Assembly: GCA_964425295.1 (NCBI GenBank)
Contig: CAYRMX010000001.1
Location: 1 to 36,597 of the forward strand
DNA length: 36,597 nucleotides
Source of the DNA: an uncultured Oscillospiraceae bacterium
GTDB taxonomy: Bacteria; Bacillota; Clostridia; Oscillospirales; Oscillospiraceae
Direction of reading: 5' to 3'
The translations under genes and the position numbers were made by a program. Positions 26,817-35,423 of the stretch are shown piece by piece. Every line of letters begins with the position of its first letter. Position 1 is the first letter of the stretch. The notes under the pieces were generated by a model. The model had not been told where the DNA came from, made no database searches, and saw only the letters and a program-made list of their open reading frames with translations.

Positions 26817-27733
26817 AAAAAGATAGAAGACTGAAACGCGGCAAGCCGAATTTCTTCTCTAAATACGGAGCGACCTGCTGCTTCCTCCTGCCGTGGCTCG
26901 TACTGTTCCTGCTGTTCGTGGTCATTCCCATCCTCTGCGCAGTCGTTTTGAGCTTCACGGACTTTGACATGGTGCGTTCGCCCAATTTCGTGGGCCTGCG
27001 CAACTATCTCTCGCTCCTGCTCGACGACGAAACGATGACCAAGGCACTGAGCAACACGCTGTTTTATGCCATCATCACCGGCCCTGCCGGCTACATCATC
27101 TCCTTTGTGGTCGCGTGGCTCATCAATGAAGTGCCGGGTAAGTTCTGGCGGTCGCTTCTGACCTTCGTGTTCTATTCTCCGGCGCTCGCGGGCAGTGCTT
27201 ACATGCTCTGGAACTTCATTTTCAGCGGTGACTCTTATGGCCTGCTCAACAGCGTGCTCGTCAATCTCGGCATTTTGTCAAAGCCCGTGCAATGGCTGAC
27301 CGACCCGGAATACAACTCCATCGTCGTCGTGGTCGTCATCCTCTGGTCGAGCATGGGCGTGGGATTTCTCTCCTTTGTGGCGGGCTTCAAGCAGCTCAAT
27401 TTCGACCTGTTCGAAGCGGGCGCAATCGACGGCGTGACGAACCGCTGGCAGGAGCTGTGGTACATCACTCTGCCGCAGATGGTTCCGCAGCTCAAGATCG
27501 GCGCGGTCCTCGCCATCTCGAACGCTTTTGCCGTCGGCGGTGTGAATGCAGCTCTGACGGGAAATCCGAGTACGGATTACTCCACGCATACAATCCTGCT
27601 GCACCTGACGGACTACGGCTACGGCAAGTATGAAATGGGCTATGCCTCTGCCATTGCCGTGGTGCTGTTCGTGATGATGGTCGGCTCGTGGCTGCTGATT
27701 CACTTCGTCCTCAACCGCTTCTCCTCAGACTAA
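26813..27733 (+). CDS. Carbohydrate ABC permease (MalF/UgpA type)
   Basis: SFTDFDM...FVGLRNY, LFEAGAIDGVTNRWQELWYITLP, EMGYASAIA. Confidence 0.93.
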   Translation: MKKDRRLKRGKPNFFSKYGATCCFLLPWLVLFLLFVVIPILCAVVLSFTDFDMVRSPNFVGLRNYLSLLLDDETMTKALSNTLFYAIITGPAGYIISFVVAWLINEVPGKFWRSLLTFVFYSPALAGSAYMLWNFIFSGDSYGLLNSVLVNLGILSKPVQWLTDPEYNSIVVVVVILWSSMGVGFLSFVAGFKQLNFDLFEAGAIDGVTNRWQELWYITLPQMVPQLKIGAVLAISNAFAVGGVNAALTGNPSTDYSTHTILLHLTDYGYGKYEMGYASAIAVVLFVMMVGSWLLIHFVLNRFSSD

Positions 27734-27746
27734 GGGAGGGAATCCT

Positions 27747-28622
27747 ATGGTAAAACACAGATATCTGCGTGTCCGCCAAACGCGCCGTGTGTCGCGCTCG
27801 GCTGCCGGCAATGCGGCCGTCATCATTTTCCTGCTGCTTTTCGGCACGTTCATGGTGCTGCCGCTGTATTACATGGTGGTCAGCGCTTTGAAGCCGACCA
27901 GTGAGCTGTTCTATTTCCCACCGAAGTTTTACGTCATCAAGCCGACGCTGCAAAACTTCGTCCAGCTCATCAAGCTGCAATCGCAGTCCGACGTTCCGTT
28001 CGAGCGCTACCTGTTCAACAGTGTGTTTGTTACGGTTGTCTCCACGGTCGGTTACGTCATTGTCGCTTCAATGGCGGCGTATGCGCTCTCCAAGCACAAG
28101 TTCCCGCTCAAGGGGACGATCAGCCAGGGCGTAGTCTTCGCCATCCTGTTCCGCCCGGAGGTCACGTCCGTCCCGCTGTATATCATTATGGTCAAGCTGG
28201 GCATGGTCGATAACTATTGGTCGCTCATTCTTCCGGCAATGGCAAGCTCGTTCGGCGTTTTCCTGCTGCAACAGTTCCTCGACAACGTTCCCAACGAAAT
28301 GATCGAGGCAGCGCGGCTGGATGGCGCGAGTGAATTTGCGATTTACCGCAAGCTCATTATGCCGATGCTCAAGCCGGCGTGGATGACGGTCGTGATCTTC
28401 ACGTTCATCTCCATCTGGAACACGACGGCAATCCAGTTCATCTACAGTGAGAGCATGAAGATGCTGCCCTCGATGCTATCGTCTCTGAGCACGGCGGGCA
28501 TTTCCAGAACCGGTGTTGCCGCAGCGGTCGGCGTGCTGATGATGTTCCCGTCCGTTGTGATCTTCCTGCTCAGCCAAAGCTCTATCGTGGAAACGATGGC
28601 ACATTCGGGATTGAAGGGGTAA
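27747..28622 (+). CDS. Carbohydrate ABC permease (MalG/UgpE type)
   Basis: PTLQNF, PNEMIEAARLDGASE, ETMAHSGLKG. Confidence 0.93.
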   Translation: MVKHRYLRVRQTRRVSRSAAGNAAVIIFLLLFGTFMVLPLYYMVVSALKPTSELFYFPPKFYVIKPTLQNFVQLIKLQSQSDVPFERYLFNSVFVTVVSTVGYVIVASMAAYALSKHKFPLKGTISQGVVFAILFRPEVTSVPLYIIMVKLGMVDNYWSLILPAMASSFGVFLLQQFLDNVPNEMIEAARLDGASEFAIYRKLIMPMLKPAWMTVVIFTFISIWNTTAIQFIYSESMKMLPSMLSSLSTAGISRTGVAAAVGVLMMFPSVVIFLLSQSSIVETMAHSGLKG

Positions 28623-28627
28623 ATAAG

Positions 28628-30121
28628 GTGAAAACAAGACTGCTATCGATCCTGCTTTTGAGCGTGCTCGTCGTGTCGATGCTCGCAATTCCCGCGAGCG
28701 CGGCAGACGGCGGCACGAGAAACTATGTTTATAACGAATACGGCGAGGCGGTCAGTGCGCCGAATGCCTACCTGTGCAGCAAGGTTCTGCGCGGGCGCGA
28801 CCTCGGCGTGGGCGATTTTTCCAAGATCGCCGACATCTATGTGAACGGAAACGTCTACCTTTCCGACACCGGCAACAACCGCATCGTCATTCTGAATGCG
28901 AACTATGAATTGGTGAGGGTGCTGACGGAGGTGGTCGAGAACGGTGCTGCGACGGCGTTGAACAGCCCCTCGTCCGTCTTCCTCGCCGATGATCTGCTGT
29001 ATATCTGCGACACGGGCAACAGCCGCGTGATTGCGATCGACCAAAACGATCGGGTCGTCAAGTGCTTCTATAAGCCGGATTCCGACCTGCTGACCGAGGA
29101 CTTTTCGTTCAAGCCCTCGAAGGTCGTGGTGAACAGCGCCGGTTCGGTCTATATTGCGGCGAGCGGCGTCTATCAGGGCTTGCTGCACTATGAGGGCGAC
29201 GGCAGCTTCATCGAATTTTTCGGTGCGAACAAGGTTGAAGTGACTGCCGAGGTCGTAATCAAGAGCATGTGGATGAATATTTTCTCCGACGAGCAGCGCG
29301 AATCGCTCGTGCGAACCGTACCGACCGAATACGCGGGGATCTTCATCGACGGCGAGGACATGATCTATACCACTACCGTTACGGCGACAACCTCGCAGGT
29401 CAAGCGCCTGAATGCGTCGGGCGAGAACATCCTGATGTATCCCGGCTCGTCGGGCAGCCTGCTGCAAAAGGGCTATGACCGCAACAACTTCGGCGACCAG
29501 ATCGTCGAAGCGACGCGCGGCACGGTCAATCGCAGCCAGATCATGGATGTGGTGGTCGATGAGGACAACGTCATTGCAACGCTGGACTCCAAGCGCGGGC
29601 GCGTGCTCCTGTTTGACAGCGAGCAGAACATGCTCGGCATCTTCGGCGGCAGCGGGACGCAGGACGGCTGCTTCACCGCCGTTTCTGCGCTGGGAAAGAA
29701 CGGAACGGATTACCTCGTTGCCGACTCCACACGCAATTCGGTCACGATCTTCTCCGAAACGGAGTATATGCAGAATATCCGCTGCGCGCTGCGCGCTTAT
29801 GAGCGCGGCGACTATGCCGAAAGCCGGGAATATTGGCAGAAAGTGCTCGATTCCTGCGCCGGGCTTTCCGTTGCGGCAAAGGGCGTCGGACGTGCGCTGC
29901 TGCTCGAGGGCGATTTTGAGTCCGCTATGCGCTACCTCAAAATGGGCGACGACCGATACTATTATTCGATGGCGCTGACCCGTTATCGTCGGGAATTTCT
30001 CCGTGAAAACAGTCTTTGGCTCGTCCCGACCGTGATCGTCGCGATCGTGCTGGTCTGCTACGGTCTGCGCCGGCTCTATCTGGCGATCCTGAAATCCGGA
30101 AAGGGGAGAAAGAACAAATGA
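28628..30121 (+). CDS. NHL-repeat beta-propeller plus TPR protein with a C-terminal TM helix
   Basis: Signal peptide; YLSDTGNNRIVIL and YICDTGNSRVIAI; TPR-like YERGDYAESREYWQKVL; C-terminal TM helix with basic tail. Confidence 0.85.
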   Translation: MKTRLLSILLLSVLVVSMLAIPASAADGGTRNYVYNEYGEAVSAPNAYLCSKVLRGRDLGVGDFSKIADIYVNGNVYLSDTGNNRIVILNANYELVRVLTEVVENGAATALNSPSSVFLADDLLYICDTGNSRVIAIDQNDRVVKCFYKPDSDLLTEDFSFKPSKVVVNSAGSVYIAASGVYQGLLHYEGDGSFIEFFGANKVEVTAEVVIKSMWMNIFSDEQRESLVRTVPTEYAGIFIDGEDMIYTTTVTATTSQVKRLNASGENILMYPGSSGSLLQKGYDRNNFGDQIVEATRGTVNRSQIMDVVVDEDNVIATLDSKRGRVLLFDSEQNMLGIFGGSGTQDGCFTAVSALGKNGTDYLVADSTRNSVTIFSETEYMQNIRCALRAYERGDYAESREYWQKVLDSCAGLSVAAKGVGRALLLEGDFESAMRYLKMGDDRYYYSMALTRYRREFLRENSLWLVPTVIVAIVLVCYGLRRLYLAILKSGKGRKNK

Positions 30122-30816
30122 CAAATTTCAGCCGTTTCTTCCGCGGCGTTTATATCCGTTTCCGGCAGATCGATTGGGCGAGCTATCGCTGGTCAAATCT
30201 CGACAAGACAAAGCTGCTCGTACCCCTGCGCTTCATGGCGCACCCGATTGACATGTTCAACGACATCAAATATGAAAAGCGCGGCTCGGTCGGCATTGCG
30301 AACGTGCTGCTGGCGCTGTATTTTGTTGAGGAGATCATCAACTATTTCACGGTCGCTTACCTTTACAGTAACAACGAAGCGCAGAGCTTCAGCGTCTGGC
30401 CCATCCTGCTGCGGACGGTTATCATCGTGCTGCTGTGGTGTGTGACCAACTGGGCAATGAGCACCTTGCAGGACGGCAAGGGCAATTTCAAGGAGATCTA
30501 CCTTGCAACATGCTATTCTCTCACGCCGATCGTCATTTGCTCCGTCCCGCTGACGCTTATCACCAACTTCATGACACTTTCCGAGTCGATGTTCTATACG
30601 GCGATCTCCTCGGCGCTGAACATCTGGGCGCTGATCCTCATCTTCCTCGGCACAATGGTTGTTCACCAGTTCACGGTGCGCAAAACGATCGGCTCGGTCA
30701 TTCTTTCCGTGGCAATGATCATTATTATTGCGTTCCTTGTGCTGCTGGCATTCTCCATCTCGCAGCAGATGGTCACCTTTGTCAATACCATCATCACGGA
30801 ACTGCTCAGGAGGTGA
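30118..30816 (+). CDS. YIP1-family membrane protein
   Basis: HPIDMFNDIKYEKRGS, NWAMSTLQDGKGNFKEIY...YSLTP, VHQFT; about 5 TM helices; ATGA overlap; 232 aa. Confidence 0.85.
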   Translation: MTNFSRFFRGVYIRFRQIDWASYRWSNLDKTKLLVPLRFMAHPIDMFNDIKYEKRGSVGIANVLLALYFVEEIINYFTVAYLYSNNEAQSFSVWPILLRTVIIVLLWCVTNWAMSTLQDGKGNFKEIYLATCYSLTPIVICSVPLTLITNFMTLSESMFYTAISSALNIWALILIFLGTMVVHQFTVRKTIGSVILSVAMIIIIAFLVLLAFSISQQMVTFVNTIITELLRR

Positions 30817-30821
30817 CGTCC

Positions 30822-32975
30822 GTGCGCAAGAAAATCATCACATTGCTGCTTGTGTGCTGTGCGCTGCTGTCGGCATGCTCGGCGTCGCCGAAGCAGATGC
30901 CGCAGACGCAGGGTGCGCCGCGCCCGGAGGCTTCCGGCAGCGCGCTTTATACGCTTTCCTTTGACCGCGCAAGCTGCACGGTGTCCGTTCTGGACAAAGC
31001 GGGAAACGTGGTGCTTTCCACGAACCCCATTGACCCGGAAGAGGACGAATTTACTGCTCCGGCGACGCTCAACAACCTGCGCTCGCAGCTCATTGTCAGC
31101 TATTATAACGACCTGAACGTCGACACGACCGTCGGCAGTTATCTGTCGAGCGTGAAGCGCGAGACATTTACCGTAACGGAAAAAAGTGCGAACCACATCC
31201 GTGTGGACTACGATTTTTCCCGTAAGGATGAGCAATTCATCATCCCGGTGGAATACCGGCTGGAAAATGACTGCTTCCGGGTGCGTATTCTGACCGACGA
31301 GATCAACGAATACGGCAACAAAAAGATCAGCCGCATTTCGCTCATGCCGTATCTTCTCCGCGGCTCGTGCGAGGAGGAGGGGTATCTGCTTCTGCCGGAC
31401 GGCTCAGGCGCGACGGTGGAGTTTTCAAGCATTCGCCCGAATGCGGCGACGTATTCCGCGCAGATCTACGGGCAAAACCCTGCCGACGCCCTCTACTACC
31501 TTGAGGGCAGCGCAAAGACGGCGATGCTTCCCGTCTTCGGTGCGGATTACGGCGATCACAGTATTCTGGCGCGCGTCGATTCCAATGCGGCGGCGGGCTG
31601 GATCAATGCCCGTGCCGCCGGTTCGCAGTCGAGTTACGCCAATGCCTATGCCTGCTTTGATTACCGTGTATTTGATACCGTGTCTATTACGGGCAGCGAC
31701 TGGCAGCATAAGGATTATGTGGCGGTATCGGAACTGGTCGAAAAGGAAGATTTCTCCGTTTCCTATTACCTCATTTCCGAGGGTGGCTTGAACGCACTGG
31801 CGAACAAGGCGCGGGAGACGGCGGAGGAAAAATGGCAGACGCCGACCGAGGTGCTGACCGCTGTCCTCTATGCCTACGGCGCAACAACTCAGCGCACGGC
31901 GTTCCTCGGCATTCCCTATACCGAAACGCTGACTGCGACGGACTTTTCCGACCTTTCCGCAATGCTTGACGCGCTTTCCGGCGAAAACACCCGAATCGCC
32001 GTGCTTTTGCAGGATTTTGACAAGGATTCCCTGAACGAGGACTACCCCGACGGCATCCGTTGGAGCAGTGCTTCGGGAGGAAAGAGCGCGTTTTCCGACC
32101 TGCGCGCGACGCATGAGAACACGGCGTTTTACTGCGTGCAGAACATGCTCTATGAAAACTGCACGTCGCTCATCTGGGCGAACCAGCACCGCTTTGCGCG
32201 GATGGTCAGCCGCGAGAATTTGGCGCGCTATACCTATTCTCCCGTGACCTATGCGCACGAAAAGTCGGATGACTATGCCCTCGAACTGTCCTACCTGATG
32301 GAGCAGACGGAGAACGCGCTGGAGGAAGCTGCGGACAGCGGCTGCGGCGTCGCGCTGCGCTATTTCGGCACGGAGCTTTACGGCGATTACCGTGACAGCG
32401 AGGGGACAACGCGCCAGACCTATTTGCGTGCGCTGGAGCTTCTGCTTTCGACCTATGCCGCGCAATCCCTTGCGGTCGACGGCGGCAATGAATACACCCT
32501 CGGCAATGCCGACCTGAACTACAACATTCCCGTTTCTTCTTCTGCCTATGCGCTGGAAACCGCCTCCGTTCCGTTCCTGCAAATGGTCTATCACGGCGGC
32601 GCGACGCTTGTCTCCACGGCGCTGAACATGACCGACGATCCCGAACGCGAACTTCTGCGTTGCATTGCAAGCGGCACGATTCCGTGCTATTCCGTCACGC
32701 AGATACCCAACGAGGAGCTGCGCCGCAGCGGTTATAAAGACCTCTTCGGCACGGGCTTTGACCTCCAAAAGGAGCGCATTTCCGAGGTGCTGGAGGCGAC
32801 GGAGGCGTATTATCAGGCGATTTTCAACCAAAAAATCGTTTCCTATGTCTGCGAAAACGGCGTGAGCGTGACGACCTATGAAAACGGCGTCCGCGCGGTC
32901 GTCAACGAAACCGAAAGCCCTGTCCGCTATGAAGACCGGCAGATCGAAGCCCTGGATTTCTTGATTCTTTTCTGA
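30822..32975 (+). CDS. DUF5696-like lipoprotein
   Basis: GTG 30822 with AGGAGG SD; lipobox LSAC; GYLLLPDGSGA, MLPVFG, VPFLQMVYHG, VTTYENG...VVN; position after YIP1; 717 aa. Confidence 0.8.
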   Translation: MRKKIITLLLVCCALLSACSASPKQMPQTQGAPRPEASGSALYTLSFDRASCTVSVLDKAGNVVLSTNPIDPEEDEFTAPATLNNLRSQLIVSYYNDLNVDTTVGSYLSSVKRETFTVTEKSANHIRVDYDFSRKDEQFIIPVEYRLENDCFRVRILTDEINEYGNKKISRISLMPYLLRGSCEEEGYLLLPDGSGATVEFSSIRPNAATYSAQIYGQNPADALYYLEGSAKTAMLPVFGADYGDHSILARVDSNAAAGWINARAAGSQSSYANAYACFDYRVFDTVSITGSDWQHKDYVAVSELVEKEDFSVSYYLISEGGLNALANKARETAEEKWQTPTEVLTAVLYAYGATTQRTAFLGIPYTETLTATDFSDLSAMLDALSGENTRIAVLLQDFDKDSLNEDYPDGIRWSSASGGKSAFSDLRATHENTAFYCVQNMLYENCTSLIWANQHRFARMVSRENLARYTYSPVTYAHEKSDDYALELSYLMEQTENALEEAADSGCGVALRYFGTELYGDYRDSEGTTRQTYLRALELLLSTYAAQSLAVDGGNEYTLGNADLNYNIPVSSSAYALETASVPFLQMVYHGGATLVSTALNMTDDPERELLRCIASGTIPCYSVTQIPNEELRRSGYKDLFGTGFDLQKERISEVLEATEAYYQAIFNQKIVSYVCENGVSVTTYENGVRAVVNETESPVRYEDRQIEALDFLILF

Positions 32976-32996
32976 TTTGACTTTGGAGGAACAACT

Positions 32997-35330
32997 ATGA
33001 CTGTTGCAAAAATCAATGACCGAAACGGCGCGCCGTCCCTGTCCATAAACGGCGAAGAATTTTCCCTGATGGCGATGACCACGCGCATTGCGGATGATGA
33101 TTACCTGCGTTCGCTGCGCGAGGCAGGAGTTCGGATATTCTTTGTTTTCGCAAACACCGACTGGCTGCGCCCCGGCAAGACCATCGAGGAAGCAAAAAGC
33201 TGGAACGAGATGAGCGGATTTCAGGCGTTCCGCGCGGAGGCAGAGCGTCTGCTGCGCGTCGTGCCCGATGCCTACATCATCGTCCGCATCGGCATGCACC
33301 CGCCTGTGAGCTGGATGGAAAGCCACCCGGACGACCTGCTGCGCTATAGCAACGGCGAGACGATTCCGTGCGTCATCAACTCCGAGGTGCATTATGACAA
33401 AGTGCCCGGCTGCTACTCCCTCAGCTCCGAGGCGTGGCGCAAGGACGGCACGGAAGCGCTCAGACAGTTCTGCGACGAGGTGGAAGCCAGCAGCTTTGCC
33501 GACCGGGTGATCGGCTACTTCCTCGGCGCGGGCGGCACTTCGGAATGGTATTATGTCAACCAAATCTCCGAAGCCGGACGCAATATGTACGCCGATATCT
33601 CTCCGGCGTTCCGCAAGGAATACGGCCGTCTGTTGCGTGAAAAGTACGGCACGGAGGAAGAACTTCGCAAGGCGTGGGGCAGGGAGGACGCAAGCTTTGA
33701 CGCACCGATCATCCCCGACCTGCACGAGCGGGAGTACATGGACATCGACAAAAAGATCATCCATTCGCTCGTATCCTTTGAGTATGCCGACCGTTGGGAT
33801 GACGGCATCCACTATAACAATGCCGAGCCGACGCGCAAGGGCGTGTTCCTGAATGTGAACGGCTACCGCTACGTTTATGACTTCTTCCGTGCGTGGCACG
33901 ATGGCACGGCAAGCACGATCATCCACTTTGCCGAGTATCTCAAATCCCGCTGCCCGAACATTCTCGTCGGTTCGTTCTACGGCTCGCTTGCCTGCACCAA
34001 CTATTTCGGTGGCAGTACCGCCACCGGCACGCGCCGCATTCTCAATTCCGGCGTCGTCGATTTCCTCGCTGCGCCCGGCGTTTACAACAACCGCTGGCCG
34101 GGCGGCTATATTGCCCAACGCGAGGTGCAGGACTCTTTCCGTCTGCGCAACATGCTCTATCTCTCCGAGGAAGACAGCCGCACCCACCTCGACTGCGATT
34201 ATTACCGCGATTCCAATTATCTGTTCAACATTCAGGACACTCTGAACACGCTCAAGCGCGATTTCGCCCGCAACCTCTGCGAAAACACATTTGCATGGTG
34301 GTTTGACCAACATCAAAACGGCGGGCGCTATAAGCATGAGGACATTTATGCCATGATGCGTGTGCAGCAGCGCATGGCGCTTGCGGCGGCGAAGCACGGC
34401 GAGGTCAAGAAGAACGAGATTGCCATTATTTTTGACGAAGACAGCGTCCACCTCGTCTCAAAGGGGACGAACGCCACGATGCTTGATTACTACCGCACCT
34501 CCGATCTCGCCCGTATCGGCGCGCCGGTGGACTATTACTACCACGACGATATGAGCGACGACCGCATGCCGGATTACAAGCTTTATCTCATGCTCAACAC
34601 CTTCAGCCTGACCGACGCCGAGCGCGAAGCCATCCGCAAAAAGGCGGCAAAGAACCATGCGACCGTCGTCTGGATGTATGCCCCCGGCTTCGTGAACTTC
34701 GACCGCGATGTGCCGATGGATAACGCCAACATTGAGGACATCACCGGCATGAAAGTCGAGCGGATCGATGAAACGCATTCCGTCAAGTTCCGCCTCACCG
34801 CGCCCGACCATCCCGCCCTGCGCCACGCCGTTCCTGACCGTTACTATGGCTGGATCGACCGCGACGTCAGCAGCACAATCTGGGTCGGCAGTGTGCTGGA
34901 CGTTCCGTTCCAGAACCCCTGCTTCACCATTCAGGAGAGCGAGGACGTGACCATCCTCGGGCGTTACAGCGTTGACAACAAGCCGGCGCTGGCGCTCAAG
35001 GACAACGGCGAATTCGTCAGCGTTTACTGCACGGCGCAGATCCTGCGCGCAGAGCTTCTGACCTCGCTTGCCGAGTACGCCGGCTGCCATATCTACGGCT
35101 ATGAAGACGACTGCATCTACGCAAACGAAAACTATGTCAATATCCACGCCCAGTACACGGGCAAGCACACCCTGCATTTCAAGAAAAAGTGCAGCCCCTA
35201 CGAAGTCTACGAGGGAAAGACCTACGGCAAGGACATCGACACACTGGAGCTGGACATGTATCGCGGTCAGACGCTGACGTTCTGCGTCAATGACGCACTG
35301 ACGGCGTTCCTCGACGGCGAATCCCGCTGA
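32997..35330 (+). CDS. Cytoplasmic GH42-like (clan GH-A) glycoside hydrolase, putative beta-galactosidase
   Basis: PVSWMESHPD, GGTSEWYY, LREKYGTEEELRKAWG, YDFFRAW, YLSEEDSRT and a C-terminal EIAIIFD...YKLYLM trimerisation-like domain; no signal peptide; 777 aa. Confidence 0.7.
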   Translation: MTVAKINDRNGAPSLSINGEEFSLMAMTTRIADDDYLRSLREAGVRIFFVFANTDWLRPGKTIEEAKSWNEMSGFQAFRAEAERLLRVVPDAYIIVRIGMHPPVSWMESHPDDLLRYSNGETIPCVINSEVHYDKVPGCYSLSSEAWRKDGTEALRQFCDEVEASSFADRVIGYFLGAGGTSEWYYVNQISEAGRNMYADISPAFRKEYGRLLREKYGTEEELRKAWGREDASFDAPIIPDLHEREYMDIDKKIIHSLVSFEYADRWDDGIHYNNAEPTRKGVFLNVNGYRYVYDFFRAWHDGTASTIIHFAEYLKSRCPNILVGSFYGSLACTNYFGGSTATGTRRILNSGVVDFLAAPGVYNNRWPGGYIAQREVQDSFRLRNMLYLSEEDSRTHLDCDYYRDSNYLFNIQDTLNTLKRDFARNLCENTFAWWFDQHQNGGRYKHEDIYAMMRVQQRMALAAAKHGEVKKNEIAIIFDEDSVHLVSKGTNATMLDYYRTSDLARIGAPVDYYYHDDMSDDRMPDYKLYLMLNTFSLTDAEREAIRKKAAKNHATVVWMYAPGFVNFDRDVPMDNANIEDITGMKVERIDETHSVKFRLTAPDHPALRHAVPDRYYGWIDRDVSSTIWVGSVLDVPFQNPCFTIQESEDVTILGRYSVDNKPALALKDNGEFVSVYCTAQILRAELLTSLAEYAGCHIYGYEDDCIYANENYVNIHAQYTGKHTLHFKKKCSPYEVYEGKTYGKDIDTLELDMYRGQTLTFCVNDALTAFLDGESR

Positions 35331-35339
35331 AACCGCAAC

Positions 35340-35364
35340 GCGGGAGAAGCGCTGCTTCTCCCGC
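35340..35364 (+). other. Intergenic stem-loop without a U-tract
   Basis: 11-bp perfect stem gcgggagaagc-gct-gcttctcccgc. Confidence 0.65.
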
Positions 35365-35423
35365 ACCGAGCACAAGACCGACAGACAAACCGCTGTTTTG
35401 AATAGAAACGAGAGGGAAGACCT

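Noticed and set aside
30435-30821. N-terminal extensions in the ORF track (also starts at 30016, 19176, 16010, 9863, 5834, 5436, 5305)
   Set aside because: They overlap neighbouring genes or promoters; downstream starts have SD sequences and yield proper signal peptides or family N-termini.
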